A DNA stretch of 63,002 bases from a virus: IMG/VR virus record IMGVR_UViG_3300045988_138661; one strand, written 5' to 3'. The translations under genes were made by a program, and so were the position numbers. Shown one piece after another: positions 61,419 to 63,002 of the stretch. Within the stretch, counting starts at the first letter, position 1. Every line of letters begins with the position of its first letter. The notes below the pieces were generated by a model, which saw only the letters and a program-made list of their open reading frames with translations, searched no databases and was not told where the DNA came from.

Positions 61419-62762
61419 ATGGCTAATACAGCATTTAATACTCGTATTAAATTAAAGTATGATACTCTGGCCAATTGGACTACTAATGAAGCAAAAGTTT
61501 TATTAGCTGGTGAAGTTGGTCTTTGTTATGTGCCTTCTGTAACTTCTGGAACTACTACAACTGCCCCTACTATCTTATTTAAAGTCGGTGATGGCGAAAC
61601 AGCTTGGGGAAGATTACCTTGGGGTTCCGGTCTTGCTGCGGACGTTTATGATTGGGCTAAAACTCCCACAAAACCATCTTATGATTATAGTGAGATTAAA
61701 AATACTCCCACTATGACTGTAGATACTAATACTACTTATAAATTAGTTCAAGATGGTACTAATAATCATAAATTTACTTTACAAAGTAAAGAAAAGAATA
61801 GTGAAAATTGGATTCCAGTATCTACTATTACTATTCCAGATAATAACAATAACCAAACTATTACCGTTGGGTCTACTTCCTTTGGGGCAGATGATGCTGT
61901 AAAGTTAGTGGCTGGTGATGGAATTACTATTACTCCTGATTCAACTGGGAAGACAATTACAATTACTGCTAGTAAAGTTGCTAATGCAACTCATGCCGAT
62001 AATGCGACTAATGCTACAAGCGCTGGTAAAGTAGCTAACGCTTTAACTCTTCAGGTTGGTGGTACTACTAAAGCTACATTTGATGGTTCTTCTGCGAAAA
62101 CCTTTAATATTACTGCAGGAGATCTTGGTCTTAGCTCTGCGATGCATTTTGTTGGTGCTGCTACTGTTGCTATTACCGAAGATTCTAAAGTTGATCCGGA
62201 AATCACTGGTTATACTTTTGCTAATGCTCAAAAAGGTGACGTAGTTCTTTATAACCATTTAGAATTTGTATGGGACGGCACTAAGTGGGAAAAACTTGGT
62301 GATGATAGCTCTTATGCTTTAAAGACTATCACTGCTACTGCTACTGATGATGACGTAGTAGTTTTAACCGGTACTTCTGGTTCTAATGGCGTCACTTTTG
62401 ATGCCAAACATGCTAAGAAAGGTCCAACAGGTGGCGCAACTAAGGGCGCAACCGCAAATGTAAGTGTTTCTGGTTATGGCGCTTCTGGATCCATTAAAGT
62501 TCCAAAAGTCGTAGTTGATGAATATGGTCATACTACTGGTTTAACTGAACAAACATTAACTATTACGATGCCAAATCAGCAAACTCTTCCTGTCGCTGGA
62601 AGTGTTGCTCCTAAAAATCTTGGAACAGCTACAGTTGGTACTTCTGCTAAATATGCTCGTGAAGACCACGTTCATAAGATGCCCACCTTAGATGAAATTA
62701 GTGTTAATACTAATGCTAATTATGTCATTTTTGACTGCGGAAGTTCTACGGTAAATATTTAA
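61419..62762 (+). CDS. tail fibre-like protein (447 aa) sharing N-terminal motif and the FHF/MHFVG repeat with neighbours
   Basis: RBS atggaggt; FKVGDGETAWGRLPW; MHFVGAAT..GDVVLY..WDGTKWEKLG. Confidence 0.55.
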   Translation: MANTAFNTRIKLKYDTLANWTTNEAKVLLAGEVGLCYVPSVTSGTTTTAPTILFKVGDGETAWGRLPWGSGLAADVYDWAKTPTKPSYDYSEIKNTPTMTVDTNTTYKLVQDGTNNHKFTLQSKEKNSENWIPVSTITIPDNNNNQTITVGSTSFGADDAVKLVAGDGITITPDSTGKTITITASKVANATHADNATNATSAGKVANALTLQVGGTTKATFDGSSAKTFNITAGDLGLSSAMHFVGAATVAITEDSKVDPEITGYTFANAQKGDVVLYNHLEFVWDGTKWEKLGDDSSYALKTITATATDDDVVVLTGTSGSNGVTFDAKHAKKGPTGGATKGATANVSVSGYGASGSIKVPKVVVDEYGHTTGLTEQTLTITMPNQQTLPVAGSVAPKNLGTATVGTSAKYAREDHVHKMPTLDEISVNTNANYVIFDCGSSTVNI

Positions 62763-62764
62763 TT

Positions 62765-62793
62765 AAAGGCTCTCTTAATTGAGAGCCTTTTTC
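62765..62793 (+). terminator. rho-independent terminator (aaaggctctcttaattgagagccttttt)
   Basis: inverted repeat plus T-run. Confidence 0.65.
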
Positions 62794-63002
62794 TTTTTGG
62801 ACTAAAATATGCAATTATATTATTTAAAATTTTAATATATTTTAGAAAATAATAAGTTTGAAATTGATAACTTATTTTGAATATATATATTTTACTCTTT
62901 TGGAAATAGATGATTGAGAAAGATATAAAATTATGGGGATAAATATCTTTATATCTATTTTTAAAGATATTTATCCCCATAATTTTATTTAAGGAGAAAA
63001 TA

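Overview
Reading the window as a linear bacteriophage segment with four zones. (1) 1-6300: a GC-richer early module of small plus-strand genes, each behind a TTGACA/TATAAT promoter and ending in a hairpin terminator; four of these promoters carry a GC-rich hairpin at the transcript start. (2) 6300-9000: an AT-rich switch region with a cluster of GGAAC-N5/6-GTTCC palindromes and several minus-strand genes that only appear when TAG is read as sense. (3) 9000-42300: a long plus-strand array of small genes behind a ~55-bp AT-rich promoter/leader consensus present in about 18 copies; it includes a RiPP-like cluster (repeat-rich precursor, three radical-SAM enzymes, a YcaO protein, a GT2-like domain, an M20-type peptidase) and glycine-rich tail proteins. 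(4) 42500-53000: an array of about 21 tRNA genes; 53446 to the end: tail-fibre genes. The main result is that from about 24650 onward, and on the minus strand at 7000-8650, many genes are continuous only if TAG is translated. TAA or TGA end every true stop I checked. A tRNA with anticodon CUA, an amber suppressor that looks Gln-like, sits at 52191-52262, so code-15-like TAG reassignment is the most likely explanation. The tRNA array also holds three tRNA genes split by insertions (one insertion carries a nuclease-like ORF), tRNA half fragments in a permuted 3-prime/5-prime order, and a GC-rich tRNA-like outlier. All coordinates are hand-derived (+/- a few nt); no searches or folding were run.
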